This document shows positions 12,197 through 22,278 of a DNA stretch of 64,000 nt, one piece after another. Within the stretch, counting starts at the first letter, position 1. Every line of letters starts with the position of its first letter. Origin of the DNA: Alphaproteobacteria bacterium (GTDB lineage Bacteria > Pseudomonadota > Alphaproteobacteria > UBA828); contig CBDCRW010000004.1 of NCBI GenBank assembly GCA_965221125.1, positions 832,001-896,000 of the forward strand, in the 5' to 3' direction. Position numbers and translations under genes: made by a program. The notes below the pieces were generated by a model. That model was not told the origin of the DNA. It saw only the letters and a program-made list of their open reading frames with translations, and made no database searches.

Positions 12197-13777
12197 TCAA
12201 ACGTTCGCTCTCTCGTGCTCCTCGGCGTCGGCAGCCTCGTCGGCCTCCGCCCCGTCGACCGGCTCTTCGTCCTCGAACCAGTGGGCCCGCGCCAGCATGA
12301 TGACGGCGTTGGCCTCGTCGATCGTGGGCGCGAGGTCGCCCAGCATCTCGATGAACTCGTCGCCGGCGAGGTCGCCCAGATCGTCCAGCGTCTTGACGCC
12401 ATTCTCGCCGAGGGCCACGAGGATCGCCGGGTCCAGGCCCTCGATGGCGGCCACCTCGTCGCTGACGCCGAGCTCGATGCGGCGCTCGTTCAGCGCCCGG
12501 TTCGTCGCTTCGACGTAAGCCCCGGCCCGCTCGGCCAGCTCGATCGCCAGCTCCTCCTCGAAGCCCTCGATCGCCGCCAGCTCCTCGAGCGGCACGTAGG
12601 CCACTTCGTCGACCGTGCTGAAGCCCTCCGTCACGAGCAGGTGGGCGATCACCTCGTCCACGTCGAGCGCCTTCATGAACATCTCGGAGCGCGTGAGGAA
12701 CTCCTCCTGGCGGCGCTCCGATTCCTCGGCCTCGGTCAGGATGTCGATGTCCCAGCCCGTGAGGTTGGAGGCGAGACGCACGTTCTGCCCGCGCCGGCCG
12801 ATGGCCAAAGAGAGCTGCTCGTCCGGCACGACCACCTCGATGCGCTTGGCTTCCTCGTCGAGCACGACCTTGGTGACCTCGGCCGGCGCCAGCGCGTTGA
12901 CGATGAACGCGGCGGGATCGGGCGACCACTGGATAATGTCGATCTTCTCGCCCTGCAGCTCGCCGACGACCGCCTGTACGCGCGAGCCGCGCATGCCGAC
13001 GCAGGCGCCGACGGGGTCGATGCTGCTGTCGTTGGAATGCACGGCGATCTTGGCGCGGCTGCCGGGGTCGCGGGCCACGGCGTCGATCTCGATGATGCCG
13101 TCGTAGATCTCCGGCACTTCCTGGGCGAAGAGCTTGGCCATGAAGTTGGGATGGGTGCGCGACATGAAGATCTGCGGCCCGCGCGGCTCGCGGCGCACGT
13201 CGTAGATGTAGGCGCGCACGCGGTCGCCGTTGCGGAAGGATTCGCGCGGCAGCAGGTCTTCGCGGCGGATCACCGCCTCGGCCCGGCCCAGGTCGACGGT
13301 GAGCCCGCCGTACTCGGTCCGCTTGACGAGGCCGTTGGCGATCTCCTGCACGCGGTCCTTGTATTCCTCGTACTGGCGCGCGCGCTCGGCCTCACGCACC
13401 TTCTGCACGATCACCTGCTTCGCCGTCTGCGCCGCGATGCGGCCGAAGTCGATGGGCGGCAGCGGGTCGGCCAGATAGTCACCGACCTGCGCGGCCGGGT
13501 TGCGCTCCTGCGCCTCGCTGATCGCGATCTGGGTCGCCTCGTTCTCGATCTCCTCGGCGACTTCCAGGTAGCGCATGAGCTTGATCTCGCCGGTCTCGCG
13601 GTCGATATCGGTGCGGATGTCGTGCTCCTGGCCGTACTTCCGCTTGCCGGCGTGGGTGATCGCCTGCTCCATGGCCTCGAGCACGAGCTCGCGCTCGATC
13701 CCCTTCTCCCTGGCGACGGCGTCGGCCACCTGGAGAAGCTCGAGGCGGGCGAGGCCCGACGTGTCCTGATCCGCCAT
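12197..13777 (-). CDS. nusA: Transcription termination/antitermination factor NusA
   Basis: [51 protein letters not shown]. Confidence 0.98.
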   Translation of the reverse strand: MADQDTSGLARLELLQVADAVAREKGIERELVLEAMEQAITHAGKRKYGQEHDIRTDIDRETGEIKLMRYLEVAEEIENEATQIAISEAQERNPAAQVGDYLADPLPPIDFGRIAAQTAKQVIVQKVREAERARQYEEYKDRVQEIANGLVKRTEYGGLTVDLGRAEAVIRREDLLPRESFRNGDRVRAYIYDVRREPRGPQIFMSRTHPNFMAKLFAQEVPEIYDGIIEIDAVARDPGSRAKIAVHSNDSSIDPVGACVGMRGSRVQAVVGELQGEKIDIIQWSPDPAAFIVNALAPAEVTKVVLDEEAKRIEVVVPDEQLSLAIGRRGQNVRLASNLTGWDIDILTEAEESERRQEEFLTRSEMFMKALDVDEVIAHLLVTEGFSTVDEVAYVPLEELAAIEGFEEELAIELAERAGAYVEATNRALNERRIELGVSDEVAAIEGLDPAILVALGENGVKTLDDLGDLAGDEFIEMLGDLAPTIDEANAVIMLARAHWFEDEEPVDGAEADEAADAEEHERANV

Positions 13778-14268
13778 CACAGCCGCTCCGCCGCCTGGCT
13801 CGCGGCCAACAGTTCGTCCGTCAACACGAGCTTCGCCGCGCGAATCCCGTCGAAGGGCAACGACACGTCCCGCTCGTCCACGGTCATGCGCACGCAACCG
13901 TCGCCGGCGCCCTGCAGCAGGCCGCGGAAACGGCGCCGGCCCTGCAGCGGCTCGCTCATCTCCACCTTGGCCTCGAAGCCGGCGAAGCGGGAAAAATCCG
14001 CGAGCCGCACCAGCGGGCGGTCGATCCCCGGCGAGCTGACCTCGAGCGTGTGCTCGGCGGCCGGCAGGTTGTCGTTCTCGAATTGTGCCGTGATGGCGCG
14101 GCTCGCCGCAGCGCAGTCGTCCACGGTCAGCGGCACGCGGTCGGCCCGCTCGATCATCACCTGAAGCACCGTCTGCCTGCCCCCGCCAAGGCGGATTCGC
14201 ACGACCTCATAGCCCATCGCCGCCAGCATCGGTGCAATCGCACGTTCGATCTGCCGTTCCGTGTCCAC
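13777..14268 (-). CDS. rimP: Ribosome maturation factor RimP
   Basis: LEVSSPGIDRPL, GRRRFRG, AKLVLTDEL; GTG start at 14268 inferred. Confidence 0.93.
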   Translation of the reverse strand: MDTERQIERAIAPMLAAMGYEVVRIRLGGGRQTVLQVMIERADRVPLTVDDCAAASRAITAQFENDNLPAAEHTLEVSSPGIDRPLVRLADFSRFAGFEAKVEMSEPLQGRRRFRGLLQGAGDGCVRMTVDERDVSLPFDGIRAAKLVLTDELLAASQAAERL

Positions 14269-14298
14269 GTCTCGCGTCTTCGTCACACCACAGGACAG

Positions 14299-14325
14299 AA
14301 AAAAGGCGGGCCAGCACTGCCCACC
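14299..14325 (-). promoter_or_regulatory. rimP-leader terminator/attenuator hairpin
   Basis: Minus strand GGTGGGC-AGTGCTG-GCCCGCC-TTTTTT about 30 nt before the rimP start; matches the GGGC...GCCC + U-run leader described for rimP-nusA operons. Confidence 0.7.
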
Positions 14326-14445
14326 ACGATCACTCAAAACCCTGGGCATACTACACGCGGCACCCTTCGCGCCCGAAGAGCACCGCAGCGCTAACCTATC
14401 GCGCTCGGTGCCCCGACTTCAAGGAGTTTCTCCCCTTTGGCGCCC

Positions 14446-14497
14446 GTTCTCCCTCTCCTCCCCGCCGGGGAGGAGAGGGCTGGGGTGAGGAGGGGGC
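14446..14497. repeat. REP-like palindrome family A (CCCTCTCC...GGAGAGGG-N-GGGGTGAGG)
   Basis: CCCTCTCCTCCCC-GCC-GGGGAGGAGAGGG at 14451-14479; related copies at 20278, 32084 and 37478. Confidence 0.85.
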
Positions 14498-14533
14498 GAT
14501 GGCAACCGTGTTCGCGGCGAACCCGCGCAAGCC

Positions 14534-15232
14534 TCAGCGGGGAACGCGGACGTAGCGCAGGAACACCGGCGGCCGGCCGGCGGCGCGGGCCTTCTGCTCG
14601 TAGCGAGTCTCGGGCCAGTCGGCCGGCCGCGACGGCCATGCGCCCGCGCCCTGCTCGGGCCCCTCGAACGCCCCGCTCGCCGCGACCCGCTCCAGCGTCC
14701 ATTCCACGTAGTCCCTGTCGTCGGACGCCCATCGGAACTCCGCGCCGTCCTTCAGGATGCGCGCGAAGCCCGTGAGCGTCTCGGCCGCGATCAGGCGGCG
14801 CTTGTGATGACGCTTCTTGGGCCAGGGGTCGGGAAACAGGACGAACAGCCGCCCGATGCAAGCGTCGGGCAGGCGATCTATCAGGAGGCGCGCATCGTCG
14901 GGGAAGATGCGGACGCGCCCGGCCGTGCCGTCGTCCTCCAGGTGGCGCAGGAGGCCGGCGATGCCGTGCACGAACGGCTCGCAGCCGATGAAGGCCACAT
15001 CCGGGTTGGCGCGGACCTGATGGGCAAGGTGCTCGCCGGCGCCGAAGCCGATCTCAAGCCAGAGATCCCGGAGCGGTTCCGGGAACAGGGCGCGCGGGTC
15101 CAGCCGCGCGCCCTCGCCCGCGGGAAGCGCGATCCGGCGTGCCGGCAGGGAGCGCTCAAGCAGCGCCCGGCGGCCGGGGCGGAGACGGTAGCCGAGCCTT
15201 CGCCCGTAGACGCGGCGCCGGGGCTGCTCCAT
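14534..15232 (-). CDS. trmB: tRNA (guanine-N7)-methyltransferase
   Basis: LEIGFGAGEHL, FIGCEPF, FPDPWPKKRHHKRR, TRYEQKA; metK-trmB-rimP synteny. Confidence 0.95.
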   Translation of the reverse strand: MEQPRRRVYGRRLGYRLRPGRRALLERSLPARRIALPAGEGARLDPRALFPEPLRDLWLEIGFGAGEHLAHQVRANPDVAFIGCEPFVHGIAGLLRHLEDDGTAGRVRIFPDDARLLIDRLPDACIGRLFVLFPDPWPKKRHHKRRLIAAETLTGFARILKDGAEFRWASDDRDYVEWTLERVAASGAFEGPEQGAGAWPSRPADWPETRYEQKARAAGRPPVFLRYVRVPR

Positions 15233-15263
15233 CGCGTGCGGAGCGGACGCCGGGCGGCGGCCC

Positions 15264-16433
15264 CTACCCCACCGCGGCGAGAAGCGGGTCGACGAGGTCC
15301 GTCCGTTCCCAGGAGAAGCCGCCGTCGGCCTCGGGCTCGCGGCCGAAATGGCCGTAGGCCGCCGTCCGCTCGAAGACGGGGCGCGCCAGGCTCAGATGCT
15401 CGCCGATGCCGCGCGGCGAGAGGTCCATCACCGATTCGAGCGCCGCAGCGAGCCTGGCTTCGTCGACCGCGCCGGTGCCGTGGGTGTCGACGTAGACCGC
15501 GAGCGGGTGGGCCACGCCGATGGCGTAGGCGAGCTGGATCGTGCAGCGCGACGCGAGGTTGGCGGCGACCACGTTCTTGGCCAGGTAGCGCGCCGCATAC
15601 GCCGCCGAGCGGTCGACCTTGCTCGGGTCCTTGCCCGAGAAGGCACCGCCGCCGTGGGGCGCCGCGCCGCCGTAGGTGTCGACGATGATCTTGCGGCCCG
15701 TGACGCCGGCATCGCCGTCCGGCCCGCCGATCACGAAGCGGCCGGTCGGATTGACGTAGAACCATTTTTCGTCGCACATCCAGCCGTCGGGGAGCGCGGC
15801 CACGACATAGGGGCGCACGATCTCGCGCACGTCGTCCTGCGACAGCTCCGCCGCGTGCTGGGTCGAGACGACGACGGAGGTGGCGCCCTTAGGCACGCCG
15901 TCCTCGTAGCGGAGCGTCACCTGGCTCTTGGAATCGGGGCCGAGGCCGGGCGCATCGCCGGCGTGGCGGGCCTCCGCGAGCGCGGCCAGGATGGCGTGGG
16001 CGTAGTGGAGCGGCGCCGGCATGAGCGCGTCGGTTTCGCGGCAGGCATAGCCGAACATGATGCCCTGGTCGCCCGCGCCCTGGTCCTTGTTGCCGGCCTG
16101 GTCCACGCCGAGCGCGATGTCGGCCGATTGCGCGTGGACGTGGATCTCGACGGCGGCCTTGGCCCAGTGGAAGCCCTCCTGCTCGTAGCCGATCTCGCGG
16201 ACGCAGTTGCGCGCGATGCTCTCAAGCGCGTCTGCGGTGATCGAATCGGGGCCGCGCACCTCGCCGGCCAGGACCATCCGGTTGGTCGTGACCAGGGTCT
16301 CGCAGGCCACGCGGGCGTTGGAATCGAGTGCCAGGTAGGCATCGACCACCGCATCGGAGATGCGGTCGCAGACCTTGTCCGGGTGCCCTTCCGACACCGA
16401 TTCGCTGGTGAACAGGTACTCTCCTCGCCCCAC
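15264..16433 (-). CDS. metK: S-adenosylmethionine synthetase
   Basis: [46 protein letters not shown]; GTG start at 16433. Confidence 0.97.
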   Translation of the reverse strand: MGRGEYLFTSESVSEGHPDKVCDRISDAVVDAYLALDSNARVACETLVTTNRMVLAGEVRGPDSITADALESIARNCVREIGYEQEGFHWAKAAVEIHVHAQSADIALGVDQAGNKDQGAGDQGIMFGYACRETDALMPAPLHYAHAILAALAEARHAGDAPGLGPDSKSQVTLRYEDGVPKGATSVVVSTQHAAELSQDDVREIVRPYVVAALPDGWMCDEKWFYVNPTGRFVIGGPDGDAGVTGRKIIVDTYGGAAPHGGGAFSGKDPSKVDRSAAYAARYLAKNVVAANLASRCTIQLAYAIGVAHPLAVYVDTHGTGAVDEARLAAALESVMDLSPRGIGEHLSLARPVFERTAAYGHFGREPEADGGFSWERTDLVDPLLAAVG

Positions 16434-16613
16434 GGCTTCCCCCGATTTCCATGATGTTGCGGAGGCGGGCGGCGGGCGGCCGCGCCGCGGGCCGGTTTTC
16501 GCAGCGTTCGCGGGAGCGGTCAAGCGCGCCCGCGCAGACCATGACCCTGGCGCGACATCCGGGCTAGAGTGACGGCGGAACAAGGCGGTGGCTTACCGAC
16601 AGGGAGGGAGCGA

Positions 16614-17399
16614 ATGCTTGCCGATATCCGGGGCGTGGGGATCAACTACGAGGTTTCGGGAAACGAAGACGGGCCCTGGCTCACCTTCTCCAACTCGCTG
16701 GCCACGAACCTCGGCATGTGGAGCGAGCAGGAGGCGGCGCTCCGGGGCGACTTCCGCATCCTCCGCTACGACAAGCGCGGGCACGGCAAGTCGGCGCCGG
16801 TCGAGGGGCCGTACACGTTCGACGATCTGATCGGCGACGTCGTCGGCCTCTGGGATCACCTGGGCATCGCCAAGAGCTACCTCGTGGGCCTCTCCATCGG
16901 CGGGATGACGGCGCAGGGCCTGGCGCTGCGCCACGGCGAGCGCATCGCGGCCACGGTGATGGCGAACACCACGGCGCACTGCAGCGCCGATTTCCGCGCC
17001 GCCTTCGATGGCCGGGTGGCGGCGGTGGCGGACGGCGGTATGGAGGCGGTGGTCGAATCGACCATCGAGCGCTGGTTCAGCGAGAGCTACCGGACGAGCG
17101 GCGCCGCGTGGCTCGAGGACGTGCGGGGCATGATCCGCACGACCTCGGTGGCGGGCTACACGGGCTGCGCGCGGGCCATCCAGGGCCTGGCCTATCTCGA
17201 CGAGCTGGCTACGCTCGACCATCCCGTCCTGCTGATCGCGGGTGCGCACGACCCCGCCACGACGCCCGCCGACATGCGCCTCATGCACGAGCGGATCAGA
17301 GGCTCGGACTATGTCGAGCTCGACGCCGCCCATCTCTCCAACATCGAGCAATCGCCGGCCTTCACGGCCGCGCTGAAGGAGTTCTTCGCCAAGAATTAG
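16614..17399 (+). CDS. pcaD: 3-oxoadipate enol-lactonase-like alpha/beta hydrolase
   Basis: FSNSLAT, RYDKRGHGKS, GLSIGG nucleophile elbow, AAHLSNIEQ; SD GGAGGGAG before ATG 16614. Confidence 0.75.
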   Translation: MLADIRGVGINYEVSGNEDGPWLTFSNSLATNLGMWSEQEAALRGDFRILRYDKRGHGKSAPVEGPYTFDDLIGDVVGLWDHLGIAKSYLVGLSIGGMTAQGLALRHGERIAATVMANTTAHCSADFRAAFDGRVAAVADGGMEAVVESTIERWFSESYRTSGAAWLEDVRGMIRTTSVAGYTGCARAIQGLAYLDELATLDHPVLLIAGAHDPATTPADMRLMHERIRGSDYVELDAAHLSNIEQSPAFTAALKEFFAKN

Positions 17400-17598
17400 A
17401 GCGCGTCCGGCATTGACGGACGCGCTCCAGGCCGCGACCGCGGCCCGCCGCGAATGCGGCGCCCTCGCGGAGGCGCCGGCCGTCGCGCCGGAGGCGCGCG
17501 GAATCGATAGCGCCGGCAGGCGCGCACAATCGCAAGACGGCCGGCTGCCGTGAGCGATAAAGGCATGGAGCGTTTCCGCGCAAAGTGGAAACGCTCCA
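17397..17598. repeat. Hairpin-terminated intergenic repeat family B (RIME/MITE-like)
   Basis: Ends AGAGCGCGTCCG..CGGACGCGCTC and GGAGCGTTTCC..GGAAACGCTCC. Core GCCGCGAATGCGGCG..CTGCCGTGAGCGATAAAG shared with 29795-29952. Confidence 0.8.
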
Positions 17599-17652
17599 TG
17601 AGTTGCCGGGGCGACGAGGGACAGCCGCCCCGGCACCCACCGACAACGCCGC

Positions 17653-18657
17653 TCACTCGGTCGTCGTGTGAATCGGCGCGTCGGGATGGAAGGCGTGGAA
17701 GGCGAAGGCGAAGCTGATGTCGTAGGGCACGTCTTCCAGGCCGTCGCCGCCGTTGCGCTGCACCACCACGTTGCCGACGTCGCGGCCGTCCGCAATCGTG
17801 CGGCTGTCGAGAGCCGAGTTCTGGCCGGCCTCCCAGGTGATGACCAGGTCGCCCCGCTCGAAGCGCCCGGCTTCGCGAATCAGCGCGAGGCTCCAGGCCT
17901 CGTCGTCCACCACCACCACGCGGGCGAGCGGCGCGATCCCCTCCGGCAGGTCGCCGCGATAGAGGAAGGGGCTCGTGGACGAATCGTAGCGCGCATACGG
18001 GTTCACGCCGTAGGCGCGGGCGCCGTCGTTCTCCGGCACCAGGACGAGGGCGTCCGCGCCGGCGCGCTCGCGATAGCGGGCGAAGGATTCGACCCGCGAC
18101 GGCAGCCGCTTGAGCACGGTGCCGGTGTGGACGCCGACGATCCCCTCGCCAGTGAACTGCTGCCACCAGCTCTCGGTCTGGCGGTCGTACATCACGAGGT
18201 CCGAGTTGCGGAGCTTGCCGGTGGTGCCGAAGTCCAGCACCGCGTCGCCCACGCGCCGGTCGTAGACGACGGCCGAGTTGCAGAGCGGGCAGAAGGTGAC
18301 CGAGACCGGCACGCCGCCCGCCGTGTCGTTGACGATCTCGTGCCACATCAGGATCTGCAGCGGATAGGCGCGATGCTCGCCGCCGAGCAGCACGCTGATC
18401 ACGGGCTCGGTGTCGGCAAGGTGGTCGATCTCGCCGGCGGACACGAAGACCGGATTGTCGACCGCTGGAATGCCGTCCTTGGGCGGCCCGCCGGACATGA
18501 TCTCGTCGAAGTCGATCGACGCCTTCGAGAAATCCGTCTCGCCCCATTCGTACAGCCAGTTGGAGGGCGCCTCGCGCGCCATCGCCGGCTGGATCGAGAG
18601 CGCCGCGACGAGCGCGAGAGCGGGAACGGTGAACGCTGAAAGAGCAAGGCTCCGCAT
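17653..18657 (-). CDS. DUF3179-family exported protein with CxxC motif
   Basis: Signal peptide; SGGPPKDGIPA, RAYPLQILMWHEIVND, FCPLCNS, GKLRNSDLVMYDRQTESWWQQ. Confidence 0.85.
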   Translation of the reverse strand: MRSLALSAFTVPALALVAALSIQPAMAREAPSNWLYEWGETDFSKASIDFDEIMSGGPPKDGIPAVDNPVFVSAGEIDHLADTEPVISVLLGGEHRAYPLQILMWHEIVNDTAGGVPVSVTFCPLCNSAVVYDRRVGDAVLDFGTTGKLRNSDLVMYDRQTESWWQQFTGEGIVGVHTGTVLKRLPSRVESFARYRERAGADALVLVPENDGARAYGVNPYARYDSSTSPFLYRGDLPEGIAPLARVVVVDDEAWSLALIREAGRFERGDLVITWEAGQNSALDSRTIADGRDVGNVVVQRNGGDGLEDVPYDISFAFAFHAFHPDAPIHTTTE

Positions 18658-18884
18658 CGGGTCATCCTCCGTCCTGTGACGGGTGGAATGTCGGGTCTGC
18701 CGGGGCGCGGCGCCAATCGCGATGCTTCAACTTGTCGTGACGAGGCCCGCGCCGGCTCGGCCCAGCATCCCGCGCTGCTGCCGAATTCACCGAATAATGT
18801 TCTAAATCAATGGGCTATACGAAATTGGCTTCGTTTTGCAATTTCGTCTTTTTCCGCCCGCCGCCCCCGGACGAACTTTCCCGG

Positions 18885-19676
18885 TCAGCCGGCGGCGGCC
18901 ATCGCGCGCTGGGCCATGACGCCCACCAGGTGCGCGCGGTACTCGGCGCTCGCGTGGATATCCGCGTTGAGGCCGTCCGCCGAGAGCGCCGGCAGCTCGG
19001 CGTCGGCATCGAGGGAGCCGCCCAACGCGGCCTCCATGGCGGTGGCGCGGAACACGCAGGGCCCCGCCCCGGTCACGGCGATGCGCACGCCGTCCGCCGT
19101 CTCCGCCGCCATGACGCCGACGATGGCGTAGCGCGACGCCGGGTTGGGGAACTTGGCGTAACCGGCCTTCGCCGGCCGGGGGAAGCGCACCGCCGTGATG
19201 ATCTCGCCCTCCTCCAGCGCCGTCTCGAACAAGCCGGTGAAGAAGTCGTCCGCTGCGATGGTGCGTGCGTTCGTAACCACGGTGGCGGCGAGGCCGACAA
19301 GCGCGGCCGGATAGTCAGCCGCCGGGTCGTTGTTGGCGACCGACCCGCCGATGGTGCCCTTGTTGCGCACCTGCGGGTCGCCGATCTTGCCCGCGAGCGC
19401 GGCAAGCGCCGGGATCGCGCCCCGCACCTCGGCCGACGCCGCGACCGCCGCATGGGGCGTGCGCGCGCCGACCTCGACCGCCGCGCCATCGACCGCGATG
19501 CCGGCGAGCCCCGCGATCCCCGCCAGGTCGATCAGGTCCGACGGCGCCGCGAGGCGCTGCTTCATCGTCGGCAGCAGCGTGTGGCCGCCGGAGAGATAGG
19601 CGCCGTCCTCCGCCGCCCGAAACGCGGCGGCGGCGTCCTCGACCGATGTGGCCCGGTGGTAATTGAATGCGTGCAT
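18885..19676 (-). CDS. Xanthine/CO dehydrogenase-family FAD-binding (medium) subunit, CoxM-like
   Basis: SGGHTLLPTMKQRL, IGDPQVRNKGTIGGS, DPAADYP, DIHASAEYR. Confidence 0.92.
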   Translation of the reverse strand: MHAFNYHRATSVEDAAAAFRAAEDGAYLSGGHTLLPTMKQRLAAPSDLIDLAGIAGLAGIAVDGAAVEVGARTPHAAVAASAEVRGAIPALAALAGKIGDPQVRNKGTIGGSVANNDPAADYPAALVGLAATVVTNARTIAADDFFTGLFETALEEGEIITAVRFPRPAKAGYAKFPNPASRYAIVGVMAAETADGVRIAVTGAGPCVFRATAMEAALGGSLDADAELPALSADGLNADIHASAEYRAHLVGVMAQRAMAAAG

Positions 19677-19809
19677 GGCGTGCGCTCCTCTGCGGCCAGA
19701 CTATGGCCTTCGCTCAGGTTTTGCCAGGGCACCATGGTCCGGGTCCGCCGGCCTTTCGGGCGCCCGCCGGCGCCGGCTACGATGCGCGCTCGCGGGAGAG
19801 GAGGCGCGG

Positions 19810-20196
19810 GTGGTCACGCTCAGGCGCGCCCAGATCGTCAATCTGGTCGAGCACAGCTACTACAGCAATATCGATTTCCGCCGCCTCGGCACGGTGCTCG
19901 ACTGCTTCGCCCAGGACGCGGTGCTCTCGGTCGACGGCCGGCACCACCGCGGGCGCGACGGCGAGATCAGGCAGTACCTCACGCAGATGCTGGCGGACCA
20001 CCCCACGATCCGCCACGCGGTGCTGAGCCACGAGGTCGACGAGGCCGGGCAGCAATCGACCTGCCGATTCTCGCTCCGCCTCGAAGACGCGAAGGGGGGC
20101 GCGCGCGAGGTCGGCGGCAGAGCCACCTTCCGCCTCGAGAACGGCAAGCTCGCGGCCGTGACGATCGAGAGCGACGGCAGCGGCCGCTCAATATAG
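19810..20196 (+). CDS. SnoaL/NTF2-like fold protein
   Basis: YYSNID...VLDCFAQDAVL...GRDGEIR...H pattern; SD GAGGAGG before GTG 19810. Confidence 0.65.
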   Translation: MVTLRRAQIVNLVEHSYYSNIDFRRLGTVLDCFAQDAVLSVDGRHHRGRDGEIRQYLTQMLADHPTIRHAVLSHEVDEAGQQSTCRFSLRLEDAKGGAREVGGRATFRLENGKLAAVTIESDGSGRSI

Positions 20197-20223
20197 TCCT
20201 TGCCACGCACTCCGGGCCGAAAA

Positions 20224-20323
20224 CCCCCCTCCCCCAAAGGCGGAGGGGGGATGCTGTCGTGGACGGCGGCGCCTACTCCCTCTCCTCCCCTCGGGGGAGG
20301 AGAGGGCCGGGGAGAGGTGGGGG
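20224..20323. repeat. REP family A dimer
   Basis: CCCCCCTCCCCC-AAA-GGCGGAGGGGG plus CCCTCTCCTCCCC-TCG-GGGGAGGAGAGGG-CCGGGGAGAGG. Confidence 0.8.
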
Positions 20324-20392
20324 CGACGGTGCGTTTGCGTTTGCGAGGCCGATGCGCTCAAGATGCACTGGGCTAGAGACGCGGGGTGCGGC

Positions 20393-21037
20393 ATGGCTTC
20401 GGATATCGACATCTACAAGACGCAGAATTTCGGGAACCGTCTGGGCTTCGGCGAGAAGGCGGCGCTGCTCATCGTCGATTTCGTCAACGGCTTCACCGAC
20501 CCGGCGAAGTTCGGCGGCGGCAACATCCAGGAGGCGATCGACACCACCGTGGGGCTGCTCGCCTTCTGCCGCGAGCGCGGCGTGCCAGTGGCGCACACCC
20601 GCGTGATCTTCGCCGACGACGCGGCGGACGCGAACATCATGTGCATGAAGGTGCCCTCGCTCAAAGGCCTGACGGAGGACGCGCCGGATAGCCAGATCGT
20701 GGACGAGCTGGCGCCGCAGCCAGGCGAGATCGTCGTCCGCAAGCGGGTGCCGTCGGCCTTCTTCGGCACCGACCTCGCGCCGGCCTTCGCGAAGATGCGC
20801 GTCGACACGGTGATGGTCGCGGGCTGCACCACGTCCGGCTGCGTGCGCGCGAGCGTGCTGGATGCCATGTGCCACGGCTTCCGCCCGGTGGTGATCGGCG
20901 ACTGCGTGGGCGACCGGGCGCTCGGCCCCCACGAGGCCAACCTCTTCGACATGGCCCAGAAGTACGCCGACATCGTCACCAGCGCCGAGGCGATGGACAC
21001 GCTCTCCGGCGCTGTCGCAGCCGAGGCGGCCGAGTAG
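20393..21037 (+). CDS. Isochorismatase/cysteine hydrolase (N-carbamoylsarcosine amidase/maleamate amidohydrolase-like)
   Basis: ALLIVDF, K..PSAFFGT, GCTTSGCVRASVLDA, NLFDMAQKYAD. Confidence 0.88.
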   Translation: MASDIDIYKTQNFGNRLGFGEKAALLIVDFVNGFTDPAKFGGGNIQEAIDTTVGLLAFCRERGVPVAHTRVIFADDAADANIMCMKVPSLKGLTEDAPDSQIVDELAPQPGEIVVRKRVPSAFFGTDLAPAFAKMRVDTVMVAGCTTSGCVRASVLDAMCHGFRPVVIGDCVGDRALGPHEANLFDMAQKYADIVTSAEAMDTLSGAVAAEAAE

Positions 21038-21046
21038 CGCCCCGCC

Positions 21047-22075
21047 GTGAAGGCGGCCGTCATCCGCGCCCACGGCGGCGTGGAGAACCTGCTCTACGAG
21101 GAGGTCGAGACGCCCCGGCCCGGACCTGGCGAGCTGCTCGTGCGCATCCGGGCGAGCGGCATCAACCACCTCGACCACGACGTGCGCGAGGGCGTCTCCG
21201 GCATCCCGGTGACGCTGCCGCACGTGCCCGGCTGCGAAGGCGTGGGCGAGGTGGCGGCGCTCGGCCCCGGCGTGGACGGCCCGCCCGTGGGCTCCCGCGT
21301 CGCCATCGACTTCGCGCAAGGCGATCCGCTGTCGGAGCCCTGGCTGAGCGGCCTCGACGGCGTGGATTTTACGCACGGCCGCATCGGCGCCGGCCAGTGG
21401 GGCACGCACGCGGAGTACTGCGTCTCGCACGCGCTCTCGGTGATCCCGCTGCCGGACGCGCTCCCCTTCGAGACCGCCGCCGCCGGCATGATCGGCCTCG
21501 GCACCGCGTGGCACATGACGGTGGCGCTGGGCCGCGTGCAGGCGGGGCAGACGGTGCTGGTCAACGCGGCCGGCAGCGTGGTCGGCTCGTCGGCGATCCA
21601 GGTGGCGCTGCTGCACGGCGCGCGGGTGATCGCGAGCGCGGGCTCCGCCGCCAAGCTCGAGAAGGCGCGCGAACTCGGCGCGGCCGAGACCATCGATTAT
21701 TCGCGCCAGAGCATCCGCGACGAAGCGCTGCGCTTCACCCACGGGCGCGGCGTCGACCTCGTGATCGAGAGCGTGGGCGGCGACGTGCTGCGCCAGAGCA
21801 TCGACGCGGTCTGCTTCAACGGCCGCCTCGTCACCTGCGGCGCGCACGCGGGCGAAGAGGTGCCGCTCAACGTGATCGAGCTCTTCCGCAAGCACATGAC
21901 GATCCACGGCAGCCATTTTTGTGGCCGCCGCGAGCTGGCGACCGTCTTCGCGCTGATGGCGGAGGGCCGGCTCGGCCCGGTGATCGATACCGTCTACCCG
22001 CTCGCCGAAATACAGACCGCCGCGCGGCGGACCGCAGACCGCGACGTCTTCGGCAAGATGGTGCTGGTGCCGTAG
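21047..22075 (+). CDS. MDR-superfamily (quinone oxidoreductase/alcohol dehydrogenase-like) protein
   Basis: GINHLD, PHVPGCEGVG, VLVNAAGSVVG, GKMVL. Confidence 0.87.
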   Translation: MKAAVIRAHGGVENLLYEEVETPRPGPGELLVRIRASGINHLDHDVREGVSGIPVTLPHVPGCEGVGEVAALGPGVDGPPVGSRVAIDFAQGDPLSEPWLSGLDGVDFTHGRIGAGQWGTHAEYCVSHALSVIPLPDALPFETAAAGMIGLGTAWHMTVALGRVQAGQTVLVNAAGSVVGSSAIQVALLHGARVIASAGSAAKLEKARELGAAETIDYSRQSIRDEALRFTHGRGVDLVIESVGGDVLRQSIDAVCFNGRLVTCGAHAGEEVPLNVIELFRKHMTIHGSHFCGRRELATVFALMAEGRLGPVIDTVYPLAEIQTAARRTADRDVFGKMVLVP

Positions 22076-22278
22076 GGGGAGTTACCGCCCCCGACGGTTT
22101 GCCGCATTCCCTTTTGTCGCTAGACAGCGCGTGTGTTCTCCAACTGAGGAGAGAGTCTGCAACCACGCTTTGCCCAATCGGAAGCGAGTGTTGGCTGTAT
22201 GGGCATTTCTCGCTACGCTCTGATATCTTGACCATCACCTGCCCTGGCGCCCCGTCTGACAAAGTCGAAGTTGCTCGC

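Noticed and set aside
16434-16613. SAM riboswitch upstream of metK
   Set aside because: No recognisable SAM-II or SAM-SAH consensus; only a plausible TTGACC-N17 promoter.
17653-18657. Selenoprotein form of DUF3179
   Set aside because: The motif is CPLC with Cys codons; there is no in-frame TGA.
18825-18841. Sigma-54 promoter (TGGC...TTGCA)
   Set aside because: The GG-to-GC spacing is 9 nt, not the required 10.
20869-22278. 832-aa ORF as one fusion protein
   Set aside because: The first ~470 codons are an off-frame overlap of the isochorismatase and MDR genes; the real nuclease gene starts at ATG 22279.
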